Assembly (NCBI GenBank): GCA_009773645.1
Contig: WSYB01000009.1
Coordinates: forward strand, 1,480 to 65,479
Reading direction: 5' to 3'
DNA length: 64,000 nt
DNA from: Geobacteraceae bacterium
Lineage (GTDB): Bacteria > Desulfobacterota > Desulfuromonadia > Geobacterales > Geobacteraceae
Shown here: piece by piece, positions 49,911 to 58,674 of the stretch
Position numbering within the stretch: position 1 is the stretch's first letter
How the letters are laid out: every line of letters starts with the position of its first letter
Notes under the pieces: generated by a model
Database searches by the model: none
Told to the model about the DNA's origin: nothing
Seen by the model: only the letters and a program-made list of their open reading frames with translations
Translations under genes and position numbers: made by a program

Positions 49911-52766
49911 TTAATACCCACCCGAATGGCACTCCCAGCAGACATAATCAATGCCGTTCCATGCCTGATAGCCGCGGTAGGTCTTGCCCCACTTTACCGT
50001 TGTCTGCCCAAGGTGGCAGGAAACCGAATTACAGCTCTTAGTCTCTTTATCATACGTGGCACCGGTGAGACTGAAATCTGTACGCGTGATATTTCCCCAC
50101 CAGTCAGCGCGCTCCATCGTAAATGGTTTGGTCTTCTCAAAGGCAACATCTTTTTTACCATTGACATGCTTGGAGAAACCGGCAATCGGCACACTGCTGA
50201 AATTGGTGTAGAAAGGTGGATTTGAGCGCCACCATTTGCTGTCTGCCTTAACAGTATCATTATGGCAATAGTTGCAGGTAATGGGGTTCATGTTAAACCA
50301 TTCCTTGTTGAAATGCCCCTGTTCATAATCCCATGGGTTCCCCCATGCATGGCTGTCGCCAGTCATGCCGTCGTTGGTAGTGTAATCGGTTCTTGGCGCA
50401 TTGGCATGACAACCACTGCAACCGTCCGGCAGTGATGAGTTCCAGGTAACATCACGGTAGACACGGGTGACCTGGAGATTGGCCTGGGCATAACCGTCAC
50501 AGTAGCGCGATCCGGATTCGTTCGTGAAGGTGCAGTCTGTCGGCGTGGTAAATGAATTGTAGCTGTGGCAGTAGATGTTGCTGCAGGTGCCGTTGGTATA
50601 GGCGAATCCCCTGCTGTCGGTGTGACTGCTGGTGCCGTTGGTATAGGCGGCTGTTGCCGGGTTCATGGCCTTCAAAGAGCCTGCCGCAGATTGAGAGTTG
50701 TAAAGTTCCACATCGATGACCCCGTTGCCGTGCCTTGCCCGATCGATGGGGTGACAGTTGCCGCAGTTCATGATGTAGCCGGTGGCATCGGGCGTGAAGT
50801 CCTGGGCGATCCTGACATCGCCATAGGCTGCCTGGACCACGGTTCCGGAGAAATGCTTCCGGTGTGCCACGGTATCCGGCGGGGCATCGTGACATTCGTC
50901 GCAGGGGAGGGTGGTCCCCCAGGTTGCGTTTCTGCCGCCATGACAGCTGATATTGCTGCATACCCCACCTGGAGCCGCATAGGAGTAAGCAAAGGTAACC
51001 CCACTGCCTGCAGTGACATCATAAGCCTTGTTGACGTGGAGGGTGATGCTGGAGATGGCCGAGCCGGAGGTGGTCGTGCCGAAGTGGCAGCGGTTGCAGC
51101 CGGCCCCGCTGTGCTGGATATGGCTGTTGGCCTTGGATGAACCGGTGCCGTATCCCGGCGGATAGCCGTGACAGGAGCTGCAGGCAACTGCACCGCTCCC
51201 CCAGTTGGTGGTGGCGCTGGAGGGGATGGTGCCTGTCGATATCGAGGTGCCGTTACTGTGGCAATAGGTGTTGGTGCAGTTGGCATAGCCGTTGCCCGGC
51301 TCCGGGCTCCCCAGGTAGGCACTCATGTTGCCGAAGGTGGGGTCGAGCCTGACATCAATCTTGCCGTTGGCATGCTTTACGGAGGTGCCTGAGGCATGGC
51401 AGATGATGTTGCCGTAGGGGTTGCCGAAGCAGCTGGTGACGAACGGGTAGTCGGTGTATTTGTGGCAGATCATGCACTTGACGGTATTGGTCGTAGTGGT
51501 GAAGCTGTAGGAAAGATGCTTGATATGGCTTCCTGTGGCCATTTGGGATGTGGAGCCATGACCATGACCGCCGGTGGCATGGCAGCCGCCGCAGCCGATC
51601 GAGTTGGCGGCCCCCCAGGTGGGGTTGTCATAAGATGTCGGTCCGCCGATCCCGCCATCGGGCTGAACATCGGAGTGGCAGTAGACGTTGGCGCATTGTC
51701 CCACTGTTCCGCCGGGATCATGACCGCTGACTGTGTAACTTCCGCCAAAGATCGGACTCAGCGCTACGTCGATTTTTGTGTTGACATGGTTGGCAGGATT
51801 TACAACCGTTATGTTACCGGTAGCAGTCGTATAGTGGCAGGTACCGCATGGGTAGACGTACTGGCCATAGTAGTCACGGCCGGTATGCATGGTGTGGGAA
51901 CCGCTGGTGATCTCAGTGGCTGTGCCGTGGCCGTTGCCATGGCACCCCGTGCAGTCTGGCGGAAGTGGTGTCCCCCAAACAGGAACAATATTTGAAACGA
52001 AGGTACTTTTGCTGTCCCCCTTGCTGTGGCAGTAGACATTGCTGCAGTTGCCGAACTGGTTGGTCTGGCTTTTGGGGAGATAATCGTCCAGAGCTCCGGA
52101 ATACGAGCCGTTTGCGGAGGAAAACGGGTTCTGGACGGCTAGGATGAGGTTCCGTCCGGCGCTTGTCGCGTGACCAAAGGGGGGGCTGTCGGTACGGTGA
52201 TCGGTATGGCACTTCGCGCAGCCGGCCGTACCGGAATAGTACAGATCATGCTTTGCGTGACTCCCGGCCGCGCCGCTGTCACCACCCCCCGGCGGCGAAC
52301 CGTGGCATTGCGCACAGCTGTCCGGTACCGTAAATGCCGGTCCGCCCCAGGTCGGGGTCTCACGTTCGAAGTGGCAGTTCACGTTGCTGCAACTTCCCAG
52401 TCTTGGAGTGGTCCGCTGCGGGAAGGCGGTTGAGCCGTTCCTGTAAACGGCTGTCAGGGGGGAATTGTTGATGTTCAGGGAGATTTCTATCAGTGAGTTG
52501 CGGTGACCGGGGCCGTATTCCGCCGTTTCCTGATGGCACTTGGAGCATGAAGAGGCACCGGCTGCCGGAACCATGTGAGTCCGGTGGTTCCCCTGGAATC
52601 CGCCGCTGGAGATGTTGCGGTAGGGAGAATCAACGGGCCGGTAATCCGGCGGGTTGGTAACCCCGTGGCACTGGTAACATTCCATGGCGAGAACCGGAAT
52701 GGGTGATAATAGGAAAAAAAACGTAGCAATGCAGGCAAATCGCGGAACCGGCTTCAATCGTAACAT
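49911..52766 (-). CDS. Large secreted multihaem c-type cytochrome built of CX4CH...CXXCH...CXXCH modules
   Basis: Signal peptide. By my count 15 CXXCH and 7 CX4CH motifs (CSNVNCH, CSNVYCH, CANVYCH, CTNTYCH, CSNISCH, CSNIYCH, CNSVSCH), plus one CX9CH-like site (CFGNPYGNIICH). Confidence 0.9.
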   Translation of the reverse strand: MLRLKPVPRFACIATFFFLLSPIPVLAMECYQCHGVTNPPDYRPVDSPYRNISSGGFQGNHRTHMVPAAGASSCSKCHQETAEYGPGHRNSLIEISLNINNSPLTAVYRNGSTAFPQRTTPRLGSCSNVNCHFERETPTWGGPAFTVPDSCAQCHGSPPGGGDSGAAGSHAKHDLYYSGTAGCAKCHTDHRTDSPPFGHATSAGRNLILAVQNPFSSANGSYSGALDDYLPKSQTNQFGNCSNVYCHSKGDSKSTFVSNIVPVWGTPLPPDCTGCHGNGHGTATEITSGSHTMHTGRDYYGQYVYPCGTCHYTTATGNITVVNPANHVNTKIDVALSPIFGGSYTVSGHDPGGTVGQCANVYCHSDVQPDGGIGGPTSYDNPTWGAANSIGCGGCHATGGHGHGSTSQMATGSHIKHLSYSFTTTTNTVKCMICHKYTDYPFVTSCFGNPYGNIICHASGTSVKHANGKIDVRLDPTFGNMSAYLGSPEPGNGYANCTNTYCHSNGTSISTGTIPSSATTNWGSGAVACSSCHGYPPGYGTGSSKANSHIQHSGAGCNRCHFGTTTSGSAISSITLHVNKAYDVTAGSGVTFAYSYAAPGGVCSNISCHGGRNATWGTTLPCDECHDAPPDTVAHRKHFSGTVVQAAYGDVRIAQDFTPDATGYIMNCGNCHPIDRARHGNGVIDVELYNSQSAAGSLKAMNPATAAYTNGTSSHTDSRGFAYTNGTCSNIYCHSYNSFTTPTDCTFTNESGSRYCDGYAQANLQVTRVYRDVTWNSSLPDGCSGCHANAPRTDYTTNDGMTGDSHAWGNPWDYEQGHFNKEWFNMNPITCNYCHNDTVKADSKWWRSNPPFYTNFSSVPIAGFSKHVNGKKDVAFEKTKPFTMERADWWGNITRTDFSLTGATYDKETKSCNSVSCHLGQTTVKWGKTYRGYQAWNGIDYVCWECHSGGY

Positions 52767-52822
52767 GGGTATGCACCCCCTGAAATGCCATCAAAGCGCG
52801 CTCTTGACCAAGCGGCAAACAA

Positions 52823-52857
52823 ATTATATAAAAGTGTTTAATAATGGTGTTTAATAA
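52823..52857 (-). promoter_or_regulatory. Possible promoter for the cytochrome gene with an 11-nt direct repeat over the -35 region
   Basis: Minus-strand TATAAT (52823-52828). GTGTTTAATAA occurs twice (52834-52844 and 52847-57) with 13-nt periodicity. Confidence 0.3.
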
Positions 52858-52892
52858 ACAGGCAATTTTTGTGCCCTCCCAGGCTGAATATG

Positions 52893-52923
52893 CCAAAAAA
52901 AGCCCCTGAAAAATCAGAGGCTT
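52893..52923 (-). terminator. Rho-independent terminator (minus strand) upstream of the cytochrome promoter
   Basis: Minus-strand reading: aagcctctga-tttt-tcaggggctt followed by ttttttt. Confidence 0.75.
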
Positions 52924-53101
52924 GACTCATTAATAACAGTATTACAATGTTGTTATGAATTAAACAGTTTAATGAAGTAATGGGAACCGGGGAGGGTGAA
53001 GCAGGGGTGGTCCATCATTTGATACGAGTCCGTCGGTGTTTTTTACACTTATTGTCGGATTTATTTACAATTAAAGGACCCTAATGACGGTTGCCGATGT
53101 A

Positions 53102-53338
53102 CTACCTGTGAGCTCCTATTTTCTGCAGCCGGGCATATGCCCTCTTTCCGTAAGTATTCATCAGTATGTCCATGGTGCCGAAAACGATCACCCCGGCAAG
53201 GCAGCTGACGGTAAGGGCCAAATCCTCCCACAGGTAGCGCTCCAGCAGTTTCATAAAGGGAAGAGCGCTTTGCAGCGAAATGGCCACCAAAACCGCGTAA
53301 ATCAGTACGTATTTCGTAATATGTGTGACATTCTTCAT
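53102..53338 (-). CDS. Hypothetical small membrane protein (2 predicted TM) in an AT-rich stretch
   Basis: 78-aa ORF with two hydrophobic segments (YVLIYAVLVAISL and LALTVSCLAGVIVFG), followed by the terminator at 52893-52923. No family recognised. Confidence 0.35.
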   Translation of the reverse strand: MKNVTHITKYVLIYAVLVAISLQSALPFMKLLERYLWEDLALTVSCLAGVIVFGTMDILMNTYGKRAYARLQKIGAHR

Positions 53339-53695
53339 GGCGGCACCCCACTTTCTTTACATCTTTTCGGCATCGGCGGCGGTATTGTTCCCGGTGTAGC
53401 CATCCGGGAGCCGCTCGCCTGTTTATTCTAATGAAAGCATAAACCGCGCCAACTTTGCATGGTCATCTGCGCATCTCTGATCCCCTGTAACGATGCGATC
53501 TCACGTATGGTTATATATGACTCTCTGGTGGTGTGGGAGACGAAATGTAAAATCTTCGTACATGTCTGTCGGAATTTTTTACAGACCAGAAACAGGAACT
53601 CCTGCAAGTGCTTCCTTTTTTTCCATCCGCTTGCCGCTTAAGAACCTATTAGCACGTTTCCGGATGCTGTCAAGAAAATGGCCTGAACGGTAACG

Positions 53696-54994
53696 TTAAC
53701 GAGTTGGAGGTGCAGTGTCGTCGCTGAGCAAAAAATACCTGTCGATATATACCTGCATCATCTCTTTGAGCACCCTTTCTTCCGCCATGTTCAGTTCATC
53801 ATAGAGCTGCCGCGCTATCCCCTGGAACACCTGTACCAGCAAGGGATCGAAGAGTGAACCCTTGTGGGATTCCAGGTACTCCATGCTTTCCCGGAAGGAG
53901 AAAGGTTCCTTGTAGGGACGCTTCGAGGTAAGGGCGTCAAAGACGTCACTGATGGCGAAGATACGGGCGTTCAAGGGGATCGCTTCCCCCTTGAGCCCCT
54001 GCATGTAACCACTCCCGTCGTATCGTTCATGATGGCAGCGCACCACATCCACGGCATCCTGGAGCCACTGGTAATTCTTGATGATATCAACGCCGTGGAT
54101 AACATGGCTTTTCATCACCGTACGATCTTTCTCGGTAAGTTTTGCCGCTTTGAGGAGGATGGTGTCGCTGATGCCGATCTTCCCCACGTCGTGGAGGAAA
54201 GAGCCCTTTATCAGTCCCTGTGTGGCTTCTTTCCCAAGCCCTACGGTCTCCGCCAGCTTAATGGAATAAAGGGTGACCCGGTAGTTATGGAGATTGGTAT
54301 CGCTGTCCCTTTTGGCGACAGCGTTGCCGAGAACCTCGAGCATGCCGATGTTCGCATGGGAGAGATCGAGGGAGAATTTTATGAGGTCCTTGTTGAGGGC
54401 GATGATGGTCGGATAGAGGGTTACGGTGGTGATAAGCGCCACGAGAAGCGCCACGACGATGGAGCGGCCGACCCTTCTCTCTATAAGTTCCATGGTATGC
54501 GCGTCCACCTGGTAGACCCCTTCAAAATAGCCTATGGTTGGGCCGCCATTGGCCTTCAGGGGCACCAGTATCTGCAGGTAGATATTGCCGGAATTGTAAT
54601 ATTTACGGTATGACGCGGCGTCCTTATGGGGGAAGCCGTGGCCGGTCCGGTTAAGCAGGTCTTCAATCTGCTCCGTTCCCGCCTTTGTTACCTCGACTAT
54701 CTGCTGCTTGTTCCGGTCGTACAGTTCAACAACGATAAAATGTCCCTTTTCGATATGCTTTTCGCTTTGCCGGAAGAGATAAGCCCGGTCTGCCGGATTT
54801 GCACTGTTCAGATGATCCCTCTCCGTGCTCAGGAACGTCTTTGACTCCTCTGTTGCGAGCTTTACCACCAGGTCGTCCACCGTCTCCATTTCAATAAAAT
54901 AGACGACAGTGCCGATGACGAGAGAGAGGAGGCAGTAGGTCAGCAGCAGTCTTTTTATCAGCCGCCGGTGGATGTGTGGGTGTATCTGTGCCAT
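53696..54994 (-). CDS. HD-GYP domain phosphodiesterase with a membrane-anchored periplasmic sensor region
   Basis: HDVGKIG...HHERYDGSGYMQGL...DVFDALTSKRPYK. Two TM segments flank an N-terminal domain of about 150 aa. Confidence 0.85.
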   Translation of the reverse strand: MAQIHPHIHRRLIKRLLLTYCLLSLVIGTVVYFIEMETVDDLVVKLATEESKTFLSTERDHLNSANPADRAYLFRQSEKHIEKGHFIVVELYDRNKQQIVEVTKAGTEQIEDLLNRTGHGFPHKDAASYRKYYNSGNIYLQILVPLKANGGPTIGYFEGVYQVDAHTMELIERRVGRSIVVALLVALITTVTLYPTIIALNKDLIKFSLDLSHANIGMLEVLGNAVAKRDSDTNLHNYRVTLYSIKLAETVGLGKEATQGLIKGSFLHDVGKIGISDTILLKAAKLTEKDRTVMKSHVIHGVDIIKNYQWLQDAVDVVRCHHERYDGSGYMQGLKGEAIPLNARIFAISDVFDALTSKRPYKEPFSFRESMEYLESHKGSLFDPLLVQVFQGIARQLYDELNMAEERVLKEMMQVYIDRYFLLSDDTAPPTR

Positions 54995-55200
54995 GCCGTC
55001 GCCTTTATGCACAACGTCATATTTGAGCGCTCACTTCGTTGGCTCGCAATATGTCGCAGTTGTATAAGCTGGATAGATATAGCCTGCAGGCGGTGAAAGG
55101 GTGTTATTGCAGAAATTGTTCATCAAAAGGAGGGATTGTCAATAGGCAGAAAGGTGCCGGGGGCAATAAACCTGCCCCCCGGCCCTTGACACGTTTCGTC

Positions 55201-55992
55201 TTATTGGATAACGATTTCCGTCTTTTCCATAATCACCTCGTATTTGTACCCGCCGCCGAAGTCCTTGTCTTTATAGAGGGTGCCGCTGGCGGTCACAATG
55301 TCCCCCACCGACGGGAGGGCCTTGGAGGTCACCACCAGATTGTTCGTCGCTTTTTTCGGGTCCCCGCTGCCGTCCTGGATGTGGATCCAGTTTCTGTCCA
55401 TGATGCCGGCGGAAACCTTGACGACTTTTCCCCTGACGGCAACTTTTTTCTTGTCGAGCTTCGCCTTGAGCTTGTAGATGTCTGCAACCCTGTAGGCATT
55501 GGGGCCCGAAGCTTTCTCCACCTTTATCTTCTCACCGGCGGCGATTACTGCGCCTTTGCTTCCAGGGGATTTTTTCTCCCCCTTTTTTTCTCCCTTGGTT
55601 CCCTTTTGCTCAAGGGGCCCCTGGGAGAAGATGATCTTGTCGAAGGTGCGGTTAAGGCTCTTGCTCTGGAAATTGATCATTTCCATCCCGCCGCCGAAGG
55701 TCATCTGTTCCCCGACGACCACCTGGGTCTGCGGTATGGCCAGCCATATTTTTTCTTCCCCCTTCTGCTTGACGAGAACATAGCTGTACCCGCCGCTGTT
55801 CATGGTTTGCACCACCCGGCCGGAGATGGGTGCCGCTTCCTGGGGAGGTTTTGCTTCATGGGGGGGGATGGCCGCGGGGCGCGCCGAGGAAACCGGGGGG
55901 TGCACCGGCTTCACGGCGTCGTCAGCACAGCGACCGGCGGCCGGAAGGATGAGCATGAGGCCGGCGGCGAAAAGCGTTAATAATCGTGTCAT
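55201..55992 (-). CDS. Secreted protein with two OB-fold-like beta modules separated by a Lys/Gly-rich linker
   Basis: Signal peptide MTRLLTLFAAGLMLILPAAG. Two modules begin GRVVQT...GGYSYVLV..IWL and RGKVVKV...NWIHIQDGSG. AAGGAG RBS upstream. Confidence 0.55.
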   Translation of the reverse strand: MTRLLTLFAAGLMLILPAAGRCADDAVKPVHPPVSSARPAAIPPHEAKPPQEAAPISGRVVQTMNSGGYSYVLVKQKGEEKIWLAIPQTQVVVGEQMTFGGGMEMINFQSKSLNRTFDKIIFSQGPLEQKGTKGEKKGEKKSPGSKGAVIAAGEKIKVEKASGPNAYRVADIYKLKAKLDKKKVAVRGKVVKVSAGIMDRNWIHIQDGSGDPKKATNNLVVTSKALPSVGDIVTASGTLYKDKDFGGGYKYEVIMEKTEIVIQ

Positions 55993-56057
55993 GGCAGTGC
56001 TCCTTATGTTGATGCATGAATGGTGAAAAGTGAAGGGTGAAAGAGGCGTTTTTGACC

Positions 56058-56072
56058 TGCAAATGCATGGCC
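56058..56072 (-). promoter_or_regulatory. Sigma54-like -24/-12 element upstream of the secreted OB-fold protein gene
   Basis: Minus strand GGCCATGCATTTGCA has GG-N10-GC spacing and a TTGCA -12 box. The -24 box is only partly consensus. Confidence 0.25.
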
Positions 56073-56163
56073 GTATCTACTTTTATAGAGAATAGCGTTT
56101 CCGTTGTCAAATGTAACTTTGATGGTAAACTGAGGAAAACAACACCGATTCGAGGCAACCGTC

Positions 56164-57171
56164 ATGACACCCCAGTTCCATCCAACTCTCATAAACGGCC
56201 CCTTTGACGATCCGGGGGTTTATATAGATTTTCTTTTTGAGAGAAGGGCGCTCCTCTTCGATCTGGGGGAGATCGGCTCGCTCACACCCCGGAAGATACT
56301 GCGGACGAGCCATATCTTCATCTCCCACACCCACGTGGATCATTTCATCGGCTTCGATCACCTGGTGCGGATCTGCCTGGGGCGGGAGAAGAAGCTCCAC
56401 CTTTTCGGGCCGCCGGGATTCGTCGACCAGGTATGGCACCGGCTTGCCTCTTATACGTGGAACCTGGTGCAGAACTATCCGACCGACTTTACCATCGTTG
56501 CTTCAGAGGTGCATCCGGATGGGAAGGCGCTCGCGGCGGAGTTCCACTGCCTGAAGGGCTTCCCGCCGGAGGGGGTCACCTCATATCCCGTCGCGGATGG
56601 AGTTATTCTCGACGAAGAGACCTTCCGGATTCGCACCGTCTTTCTCGACCACAAGACCCCCTGTCTCGCCTTTTCCCTGGAGGAGAAGAACCACGTGAAC
56701 ATCATGAAGAACCGGTTGGACGAGCTGGGACTTCCGGTCGGACCGTGGCTTGCGGAGCTGAAACGGGCCGTGCTGCGCGGAGAACCGGATGATGCGCCGT
56801 TCAGGGCCTGGTGGCACGAAAAGGGGATGTCCCGCGAGCGGCAGATGCCGCTTCGGGAGTTGAAGGAGACCGTACTCCGCATCGTTCCCGGCCAGAAGAT
56901 CACCTATGTGACCGACACGGTCTACACCCCGGAGAATGCGGCACGGATTGTGGAGCTTGCGCGAGGGTCCGATTACCTCTTCATCGAGGCGACCTTCCTC
57001 CATGAAGAGGCGGACCGGGCGGCGGAAAAATACCACCTGACGGCGCACCAGGCGGGACTCCTTGCCCGCGAGGCGGAGGTCGGACGGGTGACCCCTTTCC
57101 ACTTCTCGCCGAAATACAAGGGGATGGAGGAATTGCTCAGGAGGGAGATGGAGGAGGCGTTTGCCGGCTAG
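56164..57171 (+). CDS. MBL-fold metallo-hydrolase (RNase Z / beta-lactamase superfamily)
   Basis: ISHTHVDHFIGFDHL (HxHxDH) and a C-terminal ...HLTAHQAG...VTPFHFSPKY. Confidence 0.85.
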   Translation: MTPQFHPTLINGPFDDPGVYIDFLFERRALLFDLGEIGSLTPRKILRTSHIFISHTHVDHFIGFDHLVRICLGREKKLHLFGPPGFVDQVWHRLASYTWNLVQNYPTDFTIVASEVHPDGKALAAEFHCLKGFPPEGVTSYPVADGVILDEETFRIRTVFLDHKTPCLAFSLEEKNHVNIMKNRLDELGLPVGPWLAELKRAVLRGEPDDAPFRAWWHEKGMSRERQMPLRELKETVLRIVPGQKITYVTDTVYTPENAARIVELARGSDYLFIEATFLHEEADRAAEKYHLTAHQAGLLAREAEVGRVTPFHFSPKYKGMEELLRREMEEAFAG

Positions 57172-57197
57172 AATATATCCGTAAATACGCCACTGTT

Positions 57198-57278
57198 GCT
57201 AAATCCCCCCTCGCCCCCCTTTACGAAAGGGGGGTAAAGCTCCTCCCTTTTGTAAAGGGAGGTTGGGAGGGATTTAGC
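57198..57278. repeat. CCCCCTTT(N)AAAGGGGG multi-hairpin element, copy 3
   Basis: gctaaatcccccctcgcccccctttacgaaaggggggtaaagctcctcccttttgtaaagggaggttgggagggatttagc. Confidence 0.85.
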
Positions 57279-57323
57279 TCGGATGCAAGAATGGAAAAGT
57301 CAGAAATTTGTATGCAGCGTTAT

Positions 57324-57785
57324 TTACGGATCGTTTTTCCCGCATTCGGCGTCGGCGATCGACTCCAGCCGCGAATTAATCGGGATATCCTCCCATGCGG
57401 TTTTTTCCGCCAGATTGAATTCTTTTATGCGGTTTCCTTTGTTGTCGTAATGGACTATCTGTTTGAGGTGACTCTTCATCCCCTTGCAGTCGATGTCGTA
57501 CAAATACAGGCTGTAGGCGAGGTTCTCATAGGCCTTTGCCTTCAAAATCCGCAGGGTGTCGGCTTTCCCCTCCTCCGTATATGCCACCTTCGCCCATACG
57601 CTGGTTATCCCCTCCGGCGACCGGGAGATTGAGGATTTGTTGTAGTAAAAATCCGAATGGTCGGGTTCGGAGTCCAGCAGTTCCCAGTTTGCCTCCTCTC
57701 CCCGGGAGAGGCTATGGCTCCCCAGAATGCCGATCGCAACCAGCACCAGTAATGTCTTTCGCACTGCGTTTCCAGTCATGGCCAT
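57324..57785 (-). CDS. Secreted protein resembling the surface-adhesin-E-like family
   Basis: Signal peptide MAMTGNAVRKTLLVLVAIGILG, then W.LL....D..FYYNKSSI....G.TSVWAKV.Y...LYDIDCKG. GAGGAGG RBS upstream of the ATG at 57785. Confidence 0.55.
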   Translation of the reverse strand: MAMTGNAVRKTLLVLVAIGILGSHSLSRGEEANWELLDSEPDHSDFYYNKSSISRSPEGITSVWAKVAYTEEGKADTLRILKAKAYENLAYSLYLYDIDCKGMKSHLKQIVHYDNKGNRIKEFNLAEKTAWEDIPINSRLESIADAECGKNDP

Positions 57786-57937
57786 TCTTTTCCTCCTCTG
57801 TGGATCAGTTCTCCGCATGTCTTCCAGTATAGCCCCCTTTTCCGGACTCGCAACGGGAGGACCGTGAAACTTTAGTACAATCCGGTTTGACACACCGATA
57901 TCAGATGTTATGATTTGCTAATGCAGTCGCAAGCAAT

Positions 57938-58041
57938 CCCTCCCCCTTGACGGGGGAGGGTTAGGGTGGGGGTGAAAGTGCCATGCTTTAAGCCGTTGCA
58001 GCTTCACCCTCCCCCTGACCCCCTCCCGTCAAGGGAGGGGG
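57938..58041. repeat. Roughly 100-bp G/C-tract palindromic element, copy 2
   Basis: ccctcccccttgacgggggagggttagggtgggggtgaaagtgcc...gttgcagcttcaccctccccctgaccccctcccgtcaagggaggggg. Confidence 0.85.
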
Positions 58042-58143
58042 AAAAGGCTTTTTCGAATGCTTCTATTTTTACTCTTCACGATGTTCCCATGGCTTCATGT
58101 TTCTTGCGAGGTGTGAAAATTATCGATTGGAGGAGAGAAGATC

Positions 58144-58653
58144 ATGCGCAGAATGATTATGGTTGTTGTTGCAACGGTAGGGTTGCTGGTCCCCGTGGTG
58201 GCATTATCGGTAATGGAAGATGTCAAGGCCCATCAGAGCTGCACGTATTGCGGCATGGACCGGGAGAAGTTCGCCCACAGCAGGGTGCTAATTGAATATG
58301 AAGACGGAACCTCAACAGGGCTGTGCAGTATCCGCTGTGCTGCGGTGGAGCTTGCCAATGCGCTCGACAAGACCCCGAAATCCATCAAGGTGGGCGATTT
58401 CGGGAGCAAGGATCTGATAGAGGCCGAAAAAGCATCCTGGGTCATAGGCGGCACCAAGCAGGGGGTAATGACCCGCCAGGCCAAATGGGCATTTGCGCAG
58501 AAGGCCGATGCCGAGCGCTTCATGAAGGAAAACGGCGGTCGTCTCGCATCGTTCGATGAGGTGATGAAAGCCGCTTACGAGGACCTCTCCCAGGATACGA
58601 AGATGATCCGCGAAAAACGGAAGATGAAGCGCATGCAGATGGAGAAAAAATAG
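58144..58653 (+). CDS. NosL-family protein (putative copper-binding accessory protein)
   Basis: Signal peptide, then CTYCGMDREKFAHSR...GLCSIRC...WAFAQKADAERFMKENGG, which fits NosL-like proteins as I recall them. Confidence 0.7.
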   Translation: MRRMIMVVVATVGLLVPVVALSVMEDVKAHQSCTYCGMDREKFAHSRVLIEYEDGTSTGLCSIRCAAVELANALDKTPKSIKVGDFGSKDLIEAEKASWVIGGTKQGVMTRQAKWAFAQKADAERFMKENGGRLASFDEVMKAAYEDLSQDTKMIREKRKMKRMQMEKK

Positions 58654-58674
58654 AATCGGGGGGCGGCCTGTCAT

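Noticed and set aside
52767-52892. GEMM-I (c-di-GMP/cGAMP) riboswitch upstream of the large cytochrome gene
   Set aside because: Geobacter cytochrome genes often carry GEMM-I leaders. This 126-nt AT-rich leader has no GCAAA...GACGCAAAGCC...GCCAGCCGG core on the coding strand. A GGCAAAC word occurs only on the wrong strand.
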